Shown here: in pieces, positions 1-10,630 of the stretch
Numbering within the stretch: position 1 is the first letter of the stretch
Layout of the letters: every line of letters starts with the position of its first letter
Assembly (NCBI GenBank): GCA_019358935.1
Contig: JAHHIK010000003.1
Span: 76,461-140,460, forward strand
DNA length: 64,000 nt
Direction of reading: 5' to 3'
Source of the DNA: Tolypothrix carrinoi HA7290-LM1
GTDB taxonomy: Bacteria; Cyanobacteriota; Cyanobacteriia; Cyanobacteriales; Nostocaceae
Program-made: the position numbers and the translations under genes
Notes under the pieces: model-generated
Databases searched by the model: none
The model's input: the letters and a program-made list of their open reading frames with translations, nothing else
Told to the model about the DNA's origin: nothing

Positions 1-163
1 AAAAAAGTAACATAAGGTTTTTTCTAACTACATTTGTGGTTTTACTTAAATGTTGAATTAACTTTTTGCCAAGCAGAAAAAAGCCAATATCCTTAAATAC
101 ACCAGCTTATTTATAAAGAATTTAAACTATCATCACAATTCTTCAGTTGTGAAACCGATCGCT

Positions 164-369
164 TCACACAACTGACACATTCTCCTCTTCTCTCTCTGCG
201 CTCTCTGCGACTCTGCGGTTCGTTTCCTCCAAAACCCACAAAGCCAATGCTTCAACCCTGGCAACCGCTTCTTCTTTTGTCTGCCCATAAGCTAGTACAC
301 CAGGAAAATTAATCACCTCAGCTTATTGCGTCCATCCTCTTCTTGTTCAATTTCTATTGTGAAGTTCAT
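164..369 (-). pseudogene. hicB: HicB-family antitoxin, frameshifted
   Basis: Manual translation: MNFTIEIEQEEDGR, then a 1-nt loss near 325, then AEVINFPGVLAYGQTKEEAVARVEALAL, a typical HicB N-terminal pattern. Span is 206 nt (not a multiple of 3). The C-terminus runs into a CGCAGAG repeat. Not in the ORF track. Confidence 0.7.
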
Positions 370-553
370 AACCTCTGAAGGTATTGTAATATATGTAATT
401 TTAGAGCAGCTGAGAAAGAAGTGCGATCGCTTTCTTACATTTGTAGAGATTTGAAAAATGAACCGCCAAGATTGATTGTAGGCTCAATTTCATTTGGTTC
501 AACTTAATCTACCATGACTTATTAAGTAAGTTTGGTAAATTTTGCTCTTTGTT

Positions 554-1186
554 TTATTTTGAATTCCAATCTACTTCTCCAGGTTGCCTTGGTACATTAT
601 TCCAGTGTTGCCTTCCTTCTGCTGCTGTATGACAACCTGAACCAAATTTGTCATGATTTAAGCCTAAAAAAACACATTTATCTTTATAACAACCAATTGC
701 ACCTGCAATGTGTTTCTCGTATAAGAGGTTATACCTGTGACCTCTGCTATCCATCCAATTATCTACAGCATATGTCATTGGTTTCAACTTAATCCTAGTA
801 AATATATTCTCTGAATATTTTTCATAGCCAAGAAGATTTTCAGCTAAATATTCTTCTTTGTTGAATCCATACTGATATTTCATCTTGTCTGAACAATTTC
901 CCGTATGGGGATTTGTGTGGTTATAGTACTTGTATTGACTCATATCCTTGGCTCTAGCAACGGCTAGTTCAAACGCCTTTATATCAAAACTAATTGGTTT
1001 CTTTTTATATTGATTTATTAGCTCATTTACATAATGAATTGCGGCTTGAGAATCTTCTAGCGAATTTTTATAGTTATACAAAGTTTGATGTGGATTAAGT
1101 GCTGATGTCAAAGCTAACAATACTAAAAGAACATACCTCCACCAGGTATTATTTTTGATAAATTTTATTCTTTTTCTACGTGCCAT
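554..1186 (-). CDS. CAP/SCP-domain secreted or membrane protein
   Basis: N-terminal hydrophobic segment; CAP motifs RAKDM..YYNH, AENL and WMDSRGHRYNLL. Confidence 0.8.
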   Translation of the reverse strand: MARRKRIKFIKNNTWWRYVLLVLLALTSALNPHQTLYNYKNSLEDSQAAIHYVNELINQYKKKPISFDIKAFELAVARAKDMSQYKYYNHTNPHTGNCSDKMKYQYGFNKEEYLAENLLGYEKYSENIFTRIKLKPMTYAVDNWMDSRGHRYNLLYEKHIAGAIGCYKDKCVFLGLNHDKFGSGCHTAAEGRQHWNNVPRQPGEVDWNSK

Positions 1187-1277
1187 AAGCTTTTACTTAA
1201 GAAATTGTATATCTTATAGGTCACTCTATTGAGTATCTTTAATAAGAGTGCTTTTAATTTAAAACAAAAACTTTTCA

Positions 1278-2477
1278 ATGACTTCAGTAGATTTTCCCAA
1301 ACACAAAAAAGCCAAGGCTCTCAAAGCCTCTAGCCGACGCCCTGCTAAAGAACTTTGTAGCGAGTGCGGACTGTGCGATACATATTACATTCACTATGTC
1401 AAGGAAGCCTGCGCTTTTATAAATCAGCAAATAGGCGAACTTGAAGAAGAAACACACGATCGCTCTCGCAATCTCGACAACCCCGATGAACTATACTTTG
1501 GTGTTCATCAACACATGATAGCGGCACGCAAACAGCAGCCCATCGCCGGCGCACAATGGACGGGTATTGTTAGCAGCATTGCCATTGAAATGCTGAATCG
1601 CGGCATAGTTGAAGGCGTTGTTTGCGTACAAAACACCAAAGAAGACCGCTTTCAACCGATGCCAATCATCGCCCGTACCGCAGAAGAAATACTAGCAGCG
1701 CGAGTAAATAAACCAACACTATCACCTAACCTTTCCGTCTTGGAACAGATAGAAAAATCGGGGATGAAGCGACTATTAGTAATTGGGGTTGGTTGCCAAA
1801 TTCAAGCATTACGAGCCGTAGAAAAACAACTTGGGTTAGAAAAGCTGTATGTTTTAGGTACGCCATGTGTAGATAACGTTAACCGTGCCGGACTGCAAAA
1901 ATTCTTAGAAACCACCAGCCGATCGCCTGATACTGTAGTACACTACGAATTCATGCAAGACTTCCGAGTTCACTTCAAACATGAGGATGGCTCAACAGAA
2001 ACCGTGCCTTTCTTTGGCTTAAAAACCAACAAACTCAAAGATGTTTTTGCCCCTTCTTGCATGAGTTGCTTTGATTACGTCAATTCTCTGGCAGATTTGG
2101 TAGTCGGTTATATGGGCGCACCCTTCGGCTGGCAGTGGATTGTAGTCAGAAATAATACAGGTAAAGAAATGCTGGATTTAGTGAAAGACCAGCTAGAAAC
2201 CCAGCCGGTGATGTCGCAGGGAAACCGGAAAGAAGCCGTACAACAAAGCATTCCCGCTTACGATAAAGGCGTTACCCTGCCCATGTGGGCGGCAAAACTG
2301 ATGGGAGTCGTGATTGAAAAAATCGGTCCCAAAGGATTGGAATATGCGCGTTTTTCGATTGATTCTCATTTTACTCGTAATTATTTATACGTGAAGCGGA
2401 ATCATCCAGAGAAGTTAGATGCACATGTTCCGGAGTTTGCCAAGCGTATTGTCGGGCAGTATAAATTGCCAGAATAA
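1278..2477 (+). CDS. bciB: Ferredoxin-dependent 8-vinyl (divinyl chlorophyllide) reductase, FrhB family
   Basis: CSECGLC Fe-S motif, GVGCQ, LGTPCVDN and SCMSCFDY; resembles cyanobacterial Slr1923/CvrA. Confidence 0.85.
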   Translation: MTSVDFPKHKKAKALKASSRRPAKELCSECGLCDTYYIHYVKEACAFINQQIGELEEETHDRSRNLDNPDELYFGVHQHMIAARKQQPIAGAQWTGIVSSIAIEMLNRGIVEGVVCVQNTKEDRFQPMPIIARTAEEILAARVNKPTLSPNLSVLEQIEKSGMKRLLVIGVGCQIQALRAVEKQLGLEKLYVLGTPCVDNVNRAGLQKFLETTSRSPDTVVHYEFMQDFRVHFKHEDGSTETVPFFGLKTNKLKDVFAPSCMSCFDYVNSLADLVVGYMGAPFGWQWIVVRNNTGKEMLDLVKDQLETQPVMSQGNRKEAVQQSIPAYDKGVTLPMWAAKLMGVVIEKIGPKGLEYARFSIDSHFTRNYLYVKRNHPEKLDAHVPEFAKRIVGQYKLPE

Positions 2478-3035
2478 TACTTGTTTGCTGCGAGTAAATT
2501 AGAGACGCTTTTCAGTTATTTGTTGGGACACGATAATATCGTGTTCCTATTTTTTATCTGAAGAAATGAGAATTTTTATCAATATAAAATTTAGTTAGCA
2601 TTACAGATATTTTCAGCTAAATAGATTATGCACTCAGAGCATAGCAATGCTATGCGCCTACTAGAACAGATGTAATTAAAATTGCAGGGAAACTGCTGTA
2701 TTTTAAAGAAATAATCAAACTAATACTTAAAAATAAATAAAAGTTTAAATTAAATTTTATAATATTGCTTCTTAAAACATAGTTAACACCGAGATTAACT
2801 GAGCTTAACTTTAAAAGTATATTCTTTGGTTGCATTAACTTAGTTGAGTAGTTGTGGTAACAAAAAATTTTTAGGCAAAAAATTGAGAAATATTATGTGT
2901 TTTAACCATGCTCAAGAGTCAGCTTCGGCGTGAAAAAGCCAGAAATATTTCTCTTGTATAAATTTATAACACAGCCTAAATATTGCACAACATCTACTAA
3001 TTTTTACAGACAAATAAAAGAATTATCAGTAAACT

Positions 3036-4397
3036 ATGGCTTTCTCACGAAGACAATTTTTTACTATTGCAGGTGCAACTGCTGCAACTCTTGTTGTTGG
3101 AGATACTTTAAAAGCTGTTTATGCTAAAGCCGCTCAAGGAAAATCGCTCACAGGTTCAGGCTATGGTTCGCTCAACCCAGATCCTGATGGCTTGTTAGAC
3201 TTACCAGACGGATTTAAATACCGAGCATTTTCGCGGACAGGCGATATCATGGCTGATGGTAATCCCGTGCCTGGTGGTCATGATGGGATGGCTACTTTCG
3301 CTGGACCAAATCGCTCGGTTATCTTAGTTCGCAACCACGAACTTAGCCCAAATTCCTTAACGCAAGTCATTGGACAAAAGTATGACGAGCTTTGTAAAGG
3401 TGGCACAAGTACATTAATCGTTAGCCCAAAGCGTGAACTGATTAGAGATTACGCTTCACTAGCGGGAACTTACCGTAACTGTGCTGGTGGTCTAACTCCT
3501 TGGGGGTCATGGATTAGTTGTGAAGAAAACACCTCCACTCCAGAGACAACACCAGAGACGATAGAACAGCCAGCAAATTCTGGTATCTTCGTACCCAATC
3601 CGAACAGAGTTTCTAAGCGCCACGGTTATAACTTTGAAGTTCCAGCGCTTCGCAAACCTAAAAAGGGTACTGTTGACCCTGTACCATTAATAGAAATGGG
3701 TCGGTTCAACCACGAAGCCGTTGCCATCGACCCCAGAACAGGAATTGTCTATGAGACAGAAGACTCCGGAGATAGCCTGTTCTATCGCTTCATCCCCAAT
3801 AAACCAGGCAAGTTAGAGGCAGGTGGTATCCTTGAGGCTCTCAAAATTAAGGATATGCCTCAAGTCATAACCAAGACTAATTTCCCTGTAAATGAACCAA
3901 AAGAAGTAGAGTGGGTTCGCATTGAAGATTACGATCCCCAAAAAGACACAGTGCGTAAAGAAGGCTTTGAGAAAGGAGCCGCACAATTTGCTCGCGGTGA
4001 AGGAATATGGTATGGCAACGGAGAGTTTTACTTTTGTTGTACAAGTGGGGGTGCTAACAGTGGGGGTCAGGTTTGGCGTTACATTCCTGGCAGAAATGCC
4101 AGAGAGGGTGGCACTATTGAACTATTTGTCGAGCCAAACGATAAAACCATACTAGATATGCCTGATAACATAGTCGTGGCTCCCTTTGGCGACCTCTTTC
4201 TTTGTGAAGATGGCAGCGACGAGCAGTTCGTTGTCGGGGTTACTCCTGGTGGGGAACTGTACCAGTTTGCTCGTAACGCTCTTAACGATAACGAGTTCGC
4301 TGGTGCTTGCTTCTCTCCAGATGGTCAGACGTTGTTCGTGAATATTCAAACCCCCGGAATCACTTTTGCTATTTGGGGACCTTGGAATAAGGCTTAG
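3036..4397 (+). CDS. phoX: Tat-exported alkaline phosphatase PhoX (DUF839)
   Basis: Tat signal SRRQFF; motifs NHE, NCAGG.TPWGSWISCEEN, GRFNHEA, PDN, CED and NIQ.PG. Confidence 0.85.
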   Translation: MAFSRRQFFTIAGATAATLVVGDTLKAVYAKAAQGKSLTGSGYGSLNPDPDGLLDLPDGFKYRAFSRTGDIMADGNPVPGGHDGMATFAGPNRSVILVRNHELSPNSLTQVIGQKYDELCKGGTSTLIVSPKRELIRDYASLAGTYRNCAGGLTPWGSWISCEENTSTPETTPETIEQPANSGIFVPNPNRVSKRHGYNFEVPALRKPKKGTVDPVPLIEMGRFNHEAVAIDPRTGIVYETEDSGDSLFYRFIPNKPGKLEAGGILEALKIKDMPQVITKTNFPVNEPKEVEWVRIEDYDPQKDTVRKEGFEKGAAQFARGEGIWYGNGEFYFCCTSGGANSGGQVWRYIPGRNAREGGTIELFVEPNDKTILDMPDNIVVAPFGDLFLCEDGSDEQFVVGVTPGGELYQFARNALNDNEFAGACFSPDGQTLFVNIQTPGITFAIWGPWNKA

Positions 4398-4418
4398 TAT
4401 TTAGCAGGTAAAAAATAC

Positions 4419-4519
4419 CTCACGCAAAGGCGCAAAGACGCAAAGGAAGAAACTCTTTGCGACGGCAGTCGCTACAACGGGGGGAAAATACGCAACGCGC
4501 TGCCTCGACTTTGCGTGAG
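4419..4519. repeat. CTCACGCAAAG...CTTTGCGTGAG hairpin element containing an SDR-like insert (4464-4504)
   Basis: 11-bp inverted ends with CGCAAAG repeats. The insert GGCAGTCGCTACAACGGGGGG...GCAACGCGCTGCC recurs at 28075-28161. Confidence 0.8.
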
Positions 4520-4523
4520 ATTC

Positions 4524-4901
4524 TTATAAACCATTCACAACCCGCGGGATACCGTCTTTGATAAGGAAAGCTCCGAAGTTGATGAGTAAACCAAGCCGCT
4601 TATTTGCAACGCGAAGGTAGGTTAGCAGTTGCTTCTTATGTACCGGATGAACTGCTTCCACAGATTTGAGTTCGACAATTACCTTATTTTCAACAATCAA
4701 GTCAGCCCGGAAGCCTACCTCCAGATGTACACCTTCATAAACGACGGGTATGGGTTGGTCAGCTTCTATCCGCAATCCTCTATTACGTAACTCGTATTCC
4801 AAAACCGCCTGATATACCGATTCCAGCAACCCAGGTCCCAGAGTCGTGTGAATCTTGTACGCAGCATCAACAATTTCTTTCGCAACCTCATTTTCATTCA
4901 T
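4524..4901 (-). CDS. GxxExxY protein (predicted PD-(D/E)XK-like nuclease fold)
   Basis: LGPGLLESVY signature, RADLIVE, ELKSV, QLLTYL and GLLINFG. Likely ATG at 4901 overlaps the upstream stop (ATGAATGA). Confidence 0.88.
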   Translation of the reverse strand: MNENEVAKEIVDAAYKIHTTLGPGLLESVYQAVLEYELRNRGLRIEADQPIPVVYEGVHLEVGFRADLIVENKVIVELKSVEAVHPVHKKQLLTYLRVANKRLGLLINFGAFLIKDGIPRVVNGL

Positions 4902-6168
4902 CTTTCTTTGCGCCTTTGCGCCTTTGCGTGAGCTTTTCTTCAGCTTCTCCCACCGCATCGATCGCCGCTTCTAACGCGATCGCCACATGCGTCCAATGAG
5001 TTCCACCTTGGCAATAAACTACATACGGCTCCCGCAAAGGACCATCGGCGGAAAACTCCGAAGTACTACCCTCAATAAACGTTCCCCCAGCCATCACTAC
5101 CTGGCTTGAGTACCCAGGCATTTCATCGGGAACGGGGTCGAGGTAGGAACCGATGGGAGAATGCTGTTGTATCGCTTTACAAAAGGCAATCAGCTTTTTC
5201 GCGGAACCGAGTTTAATTGATTGAATCACATCGCGGCGGGGCGCAAAAGGTGCGGGATTCACCGGATAACCGAGTTTATCAAACACATAACCCGTGAGAT
5301 GAGTGCCTTTCATCGCCTCTCCTACCATTTGTGGAGCGAGAAATAAGCCTTGGAAGAGAATGCGATTTTGGTCGAATGTCGCACCACCATAACTACCAAT
5401 TCCCGGTGCGGTAAGGCGACATGCGGCTGCTTCTACTAAGTCGGCGCGACCGGCGACGTATCCGCCAGCGTTGACAATTGTCCCACCAGGATTTTTAATT
5501 AATGACCCCGCCATCAAATCAGCACCTACGGCGGTGGGTTCTTTGGTTTCGATAAATTCGCCGTAGCAGTTATCGACAAAACAAATAGTGTTGGGATTTT
5601 GCTGTTTGACTATGTGGATAATTTTTTCAATCTCAGCAATTGATAAACTTGGACGCCACGAATAGCCACAAGAACGTTGAATTAATACTAAACGAGTATT
5701 ATCTTTTACACCTTGACTTAACACTTGCCAATCGATTGTTCCTTCAGAGGTTAGATTTAATTGTCGGTAAGTTATGCCAAAATCAAGAAGTGAACCTTGA
5801 TTTTCACCCCGTAAACCAATGACTTCTTCGAGAGTATCGTAGGGTGCCCCCACTACAGAAAGCATTTCATCCCCCGGACGGAGGACACCATATAAAGCAC
5901 AAGCGATCGCATGGGTTCCGGATACAAACTGCACCCGCACCACCGCCGCTTCAGCACCCATTACATCGGCAAAAACTTTATCTAAAGTTTCTCGTCCTAA
6001 ATCATCATGACCATAACCACTTACACCAGCAAAATGGTGTGCCCCTACACGGCGATCGCGAAATGCATCCAGCACTCGTTTCAGATTATGCTTGACCTGA
6101 GCGTCAATTCCAGAAAAAATCTGTAATAGTGCCTGTTCTGCTTCTTGCAGCACCTCAAAGCTGTTCAT
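4894..6168 (-). CDS. Methionine gamma-lyase family / aluminium-resistance (YnbB-like) PLP protein
   Basis: GYGHDDLGR, FVSGTHAI, FVDNCYGEF and the PLP-lysine motif GSLIKNPGG. Confidence 0.88.
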   Translation of the reverse strand: MNSFEVLQEAEQALLQIFSGIDAQVKHNLKRVLDAFRDRRVGAHHFAGVSGYGHDDLGRETLDKVFADVMGAEAAVVRVQFVSGTHAIACALYGVLRPGDEMLSVVGAPYDTLEEVIGLRGENQGSLLDFGITYRQLNLTSEGTIDWQVLSQGVKDNTRLVLIQRSCGYSWRPSLSIAEIEKIIHIVKQQNPNTICFVDNCYGEFIETKEPTAVGADLMAGSLIKNPGGTIVNAGGYVAGRADLVEAAACRLTAPGIGSYGGATFDQNRILFQGLFLAPQMVGEAMKGTHLTGYVFDKLGYPVNPAPFAPRRDVIQSIKLGSAKKLIAFCKAIQQHSPIGSYLDPVPDEMPGYSSQVVMAGGTFIEGSTSEFSADGPLREPYVVYCQGGTHWTHVAIALEAAIDAVGEAEEKLTQRRKGAKKDE

Positions 6169-6257
6169 CTGTTCCTCTTAAAAAAAAATACACATGCGGA
6201 TCGATCGGATCTCGCGGTTCCTAACGTTCATTCATTTCCTACTCAGGTGATTACTGC

Positions 6258-7073
6258 ATGACAATTGCTGCCTCAACTAAACCTCAAATCAACTGGGTAA
6301 ACACCCTCTTTTTCCTTGCTCTGCACATCGGAGCTTTATTTGCACTGCTTCCTAGTAACTTTAGCTGGAAAGCTGTTGGCGTCGCTTTATTTCTTTACTG
6401 GGTGACTGGTGGCTTAGGTATTACTCTAGGATTTCACCGTCTTGTGACTCACCGCAGTTTTCAAACTCCCAAATGGCTAGAATATCTTCTCGTATTTTGC
6501 GGGACACTCGCCTGTCAAGGTGGACCCATCGAGTGGATCGGTACACACAGGATACACCATTTGCACTCTGACCAAAAAGCCGATCCGCATGATTCCAACG
6601 AAGGCTTTTGGTGGAGTCACATGGGTTGGCTAATTTATCACTCCCCTGCTCATGCGGAAGCTCATCGCTTTACTAAAGACCTCAACGACGACCCAGTTTA
6701 TCAGTTTTTACAAAAATATTTTATTGTCATCCAATTTGCTTTGGGTGGACTGCTTTTGTGGCTTGGTGGTTGGTCGTTTGTCGTTTGGGGAGTTTTTGCT
6801 CGCATTGTCTGGGTTTACCACTGCACTTGGTTGGTAAACAGCGCTACGCACAAATTTGGCTATCGCACTCACGATAGTGGCGATCGCTCAACTAATTGCT
6901 GGTGGGTAGCTGTTTTAGTATTTGGCGAAGGTTGGCACAATAACCACCACGCTTATCAATACTCGGCTCGTCACGGGCTGGAATGGTGGGAAATCGATTT
7001 AACATGGATGACAATTCAACTGCTGCAAGCACTCGGTCTGGCTACGAATGTAAAGCTGGCACCAGGAAAGTAG
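6258..7073 (+). CDS. desC: Acyl-lipid delta-9 desaturase
   Basis: His boxes HRLVTH, HRIHH and HNNHH. Confidence 0.92.
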   Translation: MTIAASTKPQINWVNTLFFLALHIGALFALLPSNFSWKAVGVALFLYWVTGGLGITLGFHRLVTHRSFQTPKWLEYLLVFCGTLACQGGPIEWIGTHRIHHLHSDQKADPHDSNEGFWWSHMGWLIYHSPAHAEAHRFTKDLNDDPVYQFLQKYFIVIQFALGGLLLWLGGWSFVVWGVFARIVWVYHCTWLVNSATHKFGYRTHDSGDRSTNCWWVAVLVFGEGWHNNHHAYQYSARHGLEWWEIDLTWMTIQLLQALGLATNVKLAPGK

Positions 7074-7340
7074 CAAGTACGTCAAGAGTCAAAAGTCAAT
7101 AGTCAATAAACTCTTGACTTTTGACACTTGACTAATGACTAATAATAAAAGACTTTCACCAATATTGATTCGTAAATCCCGAAAAAGCGGACAAAAGCGA
7201 TTTACTGGTGCGCTATGCTCAGTTAGGTTGCTATAATCCAAAGCGCTAAGGTAATGTTACGAAATGCAATCAGTCTGTAGAGAGGCGAAAACTCGCGTCT
7301 TTAGTTCGGTAGTGTGAGGTTTGTTGTCTATCAGGTATTC

Positions 7341-8393
7341 ATGACTACATCAACAATCAGCGGCAAACAAGAAGCTTGTGACTTAGGTAATTCCGACCTG
7401 AGGCTTAAAGATATTATCAAAACCCTGCCACGAGAATGTTTTGTGCAGGATCGCCGCAAAGCTTGGACAACAGCAATAATCAGTGTCTTGATGGTTGGCT
7501 TGGGCTACTTAAGCCTGATATTCTCTCCTTGGTTTCTCTTACCCGTAGCGTGGATTTTCACAGGAACCGCGTTGACGGGTTTTTTTGTGATCGGGCATGA
7601 TTGTGGTCATCGTTCATTTGCCAAACGTCGTTGGGTAAATGATGTGGTAGGGCATTTATTTATGATGCCGTTGATTTACCCGTTCCACAGTTGGCGGATT
7701 AAGCATAATTATCATCACACTCATACCAATAAGCTAGACGAAGACAACGCTTGGCATCCCATCAGACCAGAAGTATTTGAAGGTTGGGATAAAACCCGAC
7801 AGTCTGCTTTTGAGGTATTCATCACTAAACGCCTGTGGTGGGTAGGTTCAGTTGGACATTGGGCGGTTGTACACTTTGATTGGCGAAAGTTCCAAACTAA
7901 AGAGCAATCAAGTGTTAAACTTTCTGTGGCTGTAGTGTTGCTTTTTGCTGCGATCGCTTTCCCAACTCTCATCGCTACAACTGGTATTTGGGGTTTTGTC
8001 AAATTTTGGCTGATACCCTGGCTGGTCTACCATTTCTGGATGAGTACCTTTACTATTGTTCACCATACCGCTTCAGATGTTCCTTTCGTGGAAGCTTCTA
8101 AGTGGAATGCTGGAATAGCACAGCTATTTGGCTCAATTCACTGCGATTACCCACGCTGGGTAGAATTCCTTTGCCACGATATTAATGTTCACGTCCCCCA
8201 TCACATTTCTACTGCTATTCCCTCTTATAATTTGCGGATGGCGTATCGCAGTATCCAAGAAAATTGGGGCACGTATCTACATGATGAATGTCGGTTTTCT
8301 TGGTCTTTAATGAAGCAAATTACAGACCAATGTCAACTGTATAGAACCGATAGTGGCTATCAGTCTTTTAACGACTATTACGCAGGACGATAA
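7341..8393 (+). CDS. desA: Acyl-lipid delta-12 desaturase
   Basis: His boxes HDCGH, HNYHH and HVPHH; ATG at 7341 preferred. Confidence 0.9.
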   Translation: MTTSTISGKQEACDLGNSDLRLKDIIKTLPRECFVQDRRKAWTTAIISVLMVGLGYLSLIFSPWFLLPVAWIFTGTALTGFFVIGHDCGHRSFAKRRWVNDVVGHLFMMPLIYPFHSWRIKHNYHHTHTNKLDEDNAWHPIRPEVFEGWDKTRQSAFEVFITKRLWWVGSVGHWAVVHFDWRKFQTKEQSSVKLSVAVVLLFAAIAFPTLIATTGIWGFVKFWLIPWLVYHFWMSTFTIVHHTASDVPFVEASKWNAGIAQLFGSIHCDYPRWVEFLCHDINVHVPHHISTAIPSYNLRMAYRSIQENWGTYLHDECRFSWSLMKQITDQCQLYRTDSGYQSFNDYYAGR

Positions 8394-8629
8394 AAAAGCT
8401 TGAAGTGTCAAGTATAAAGTGTGAAATAAGTTTAGATTTTCATGCTTTATCCTTCATGCTTTCAAATAGATTCTGGCAATCATTCATACACGCAAAGTGT
8501 TAGAGACATTGCCAGATAGATTCATCCTGCAAACAAACAAAAACTGAAACATACCTCAAACAATGCGTTCCGGAGGTTAAATTTCATGCGTTCAAAAAAT
8601 GTCCGATTCATTGACTACAACAAAATCAA

Positions 8630-9691
8630 GTGCAATTAGATACAGTTAAATTAGATAATCCTCAGAACTCGAATGAGGATACAACCAACCTGCCCTTCAC
8701 CCTTGGTGATTTGAAAGCTGCAATACCCGCTGAATGTTTTCAGCCTAATGTGGGCAAATCACTTTATTATTTTTTTCAAGACATCTTGATTATTGGTCTG
8801 CTTTATGCAGTCGCTCATTACCTGGACTCTTGGTATTTCTTTCCGATTTTCTGGGTAATGCAAGGAACGATGTTTTGGGCTTTATTTGTAGTTGGACATG
8901 ACTGCGGACACCAATCTTTTTCTAAAAAGAAATGGTTGAATGATTTGATTGGTCATCTTTCGCACACACCGATACTCGTTCCTTATCATGGTTGGCGAAT
9001 TAGCCATAGAACTCACCACTTAAATACTGCCAGTCTGGAAAATGATGAAAGCTGGTATCCTGTGAGTGAGTCAGAGTACAAAGCGATGCCTTGGGATGAA
9101 AAAATAGGTCGATATTATGTGTTTTTATTGGCTTATCCGGTGTATTTATTTATGCGGAGTCCTAATAAAGAGGGTTCCCACTTTCACCCCAACAGCCCGC
9201 TTTTTAAACCTTCAGAAAAATGGGATGTCATCACCAGCAGTATCTGGTTAATTTGCATGGTGAGTTTACTAGCTTTAGGAACTTACCAATGGGGTTGGAT
9301 GTGGTTGTTGAAATACTATGCTGTACCCTATCTTGTGTTTATCATGTGGCTCGACTTGGTGACATTTTTGCACCACACCGAAGCAGATATTCCCTGGTAT
9401 CGTGGCGAAAATTGGACTTTTTTGAAAGGTGCTATTTCTACCATTGACCGCGATTATGGTTTTATTAACCATATCCATCATGATATCGGTACTCATGTAG
9501 CTCACCACATTTTCTTGAATATGCCTCACTACAATTTGAAAAAGGCTACTGAGGCTATTAAACCAATTTTGGGTGACTACTATCGCAAATCTGAAGAGCC
9601 AATTTGGAAATCAGTTTGGCGTTCATCTCTTAGTTGTCATTTTGTCCCGGATACTGGAGATAAGGTTTACTATACTTCTAACAATAAGTAA
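8630..9691 (+). CDS. desB: Acyl-lipid omega-3 desaturase
   Basis: HDCGH, WRISHRTHH and HVAHH; GTG start. Confidence 0.9.
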   Translation: MQLDTVKLDNPQNSNEDTTNLPFTLGDLKAAIPAECFQPNVGKSLYYFFQDILIIGLLYAVAHYLDSWYFFPIFWVMQGTMFWALFVVGHDCGHQSFSKKKWLNDLIGHLSHTPILVPYHGWRISHRTHHLNTASLENDESWYPVSESEYKAMPWDEKIGRYYVFLLAYPVYLFMRSPNKEGSHFHPNSPLFKPSEKWDVITSSIWLICMVSLLALGTYQWGWMWLLKYYAVPYLVFIMWLDLVTFLHHTEADIPWYRGENWTFLKGAISTIDRDYGFINHIHHDIGTHVAHHIFLNMPHYNLKKATEAIKPILGDYYRKSEEPIWKSVWRSSLSCHFVPDTGDKVYYTSNNK

Positions 9692-9719
9692 ATTACCCCT
9701 CAGACTAAAAATCTGGGGC

Positions 9720-9829
9720 TATACAGCAGAATTCAGAATTCAGGAGCCAGAATTCAGAAGGAAAACAGGCTTTATACTTGGCTTTGAGACTAAGGTTGTC
9801 TACTTCATCAACTTAAAATCCGTTGTATA
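9720..9829. mobile_element. Probable TA-ended MITE with internal CAGAATT repeats
   Basis: Imperfect inverted ends TATACAGCAGA / TCCGTTGTATA. Confidence 0.4.
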
Positions 9830-9966
9830 AACGTTCGCGTAGCGTCCCGCAGGGAAGTTTGCCTACGCGGACTTTTTTTATCAGGAATTTTGCAAAAATT
9901 ATATGATTTTGAATTTTATGAATAAGGTTAAGATGACTGTATTGTGAACTATATGTGAAAAATTGT

Positions 9967-10521
9967 ATGACTCTCACTATTGAAGATGTAGAAAGACTAC
10001 AACAAAAGCTACAAGAGGATGAACAGGACTACCAAATAGAACTGCAAGAAGGAAATCTTCTAGTTATGGGACCATCAGACATCGAATCTAGTGAAATCGG
10101 CGCTCAGTTAATATTTTTACTAAAACTATGGGTTAATCCTCGTAAAATTGGGCGGATATTTGACTCAAGTGGTGGGTTTATTATGCCAAATACTGATTTA
10201 CGCGCTCCCGATGTGTCTTTTGTGGCGGCGGAAAGACTAAAACGCACTGTTAGAGATTTTGGTCAGTTAGTACCTGATTTGGTTGTAGAGATAAAATCGA
10301 AAACAGATAGAATTTCTAAATTAGAAGATAAAGTCAAGTTATTTTTGGAATTAGGCGCGAGGATAGGAATATTAATTAATCCAGATGAGTTAACTGTAAG
10401 TGTTTATCGTCCTAATGGTGATATTGAAGTTTTGACGGGGAATGATAAGTTAACTATTGCTGAGTTATTTCCTGGCTGGGAAGTTGCGATTTCTGAATTA
10501 TGGCCACCTGTGTTTGAGTGA
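9967..10521 (+). CDS. Uma2 (DUF820) family endonuclease
   Basis: DSSGGF, RAPDVSFV and PDLVVEIKS. Confidence 0.9.
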   Translation: MTLTIEDVERLQQKLQEDEQDYQIELQEGNLLVMGPSDIESSEIGAQLIFLLKLWVNPRKIGRIFDSSGGFIMPNTDLRAPDVSFVAAERLKRTVRDFGQLVPDLVVEIKSKTDRISKLEDKVKLFLELGARIGILINPDELTVSVYRPNGDIEVLTGNDKLTIAELFPGWEVAISELWPPVFE

Positions 10522-10630
10522 TTTTAGATGTTGCTATTGGCTAAAATAACCTTGGTAAAGTAGGGTGCGTTATATTTTGTTAACGCACCTTAGTTTTAAC
10601 TTTTATTATCTAGATTTACATCTAACGTAT

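Noticed and set aside
2860..3035. Pho box upstream of phoX
   Set aside because: AT-rich region with TTAA-like words, but I could not define three correctly spaced SphR repeats.
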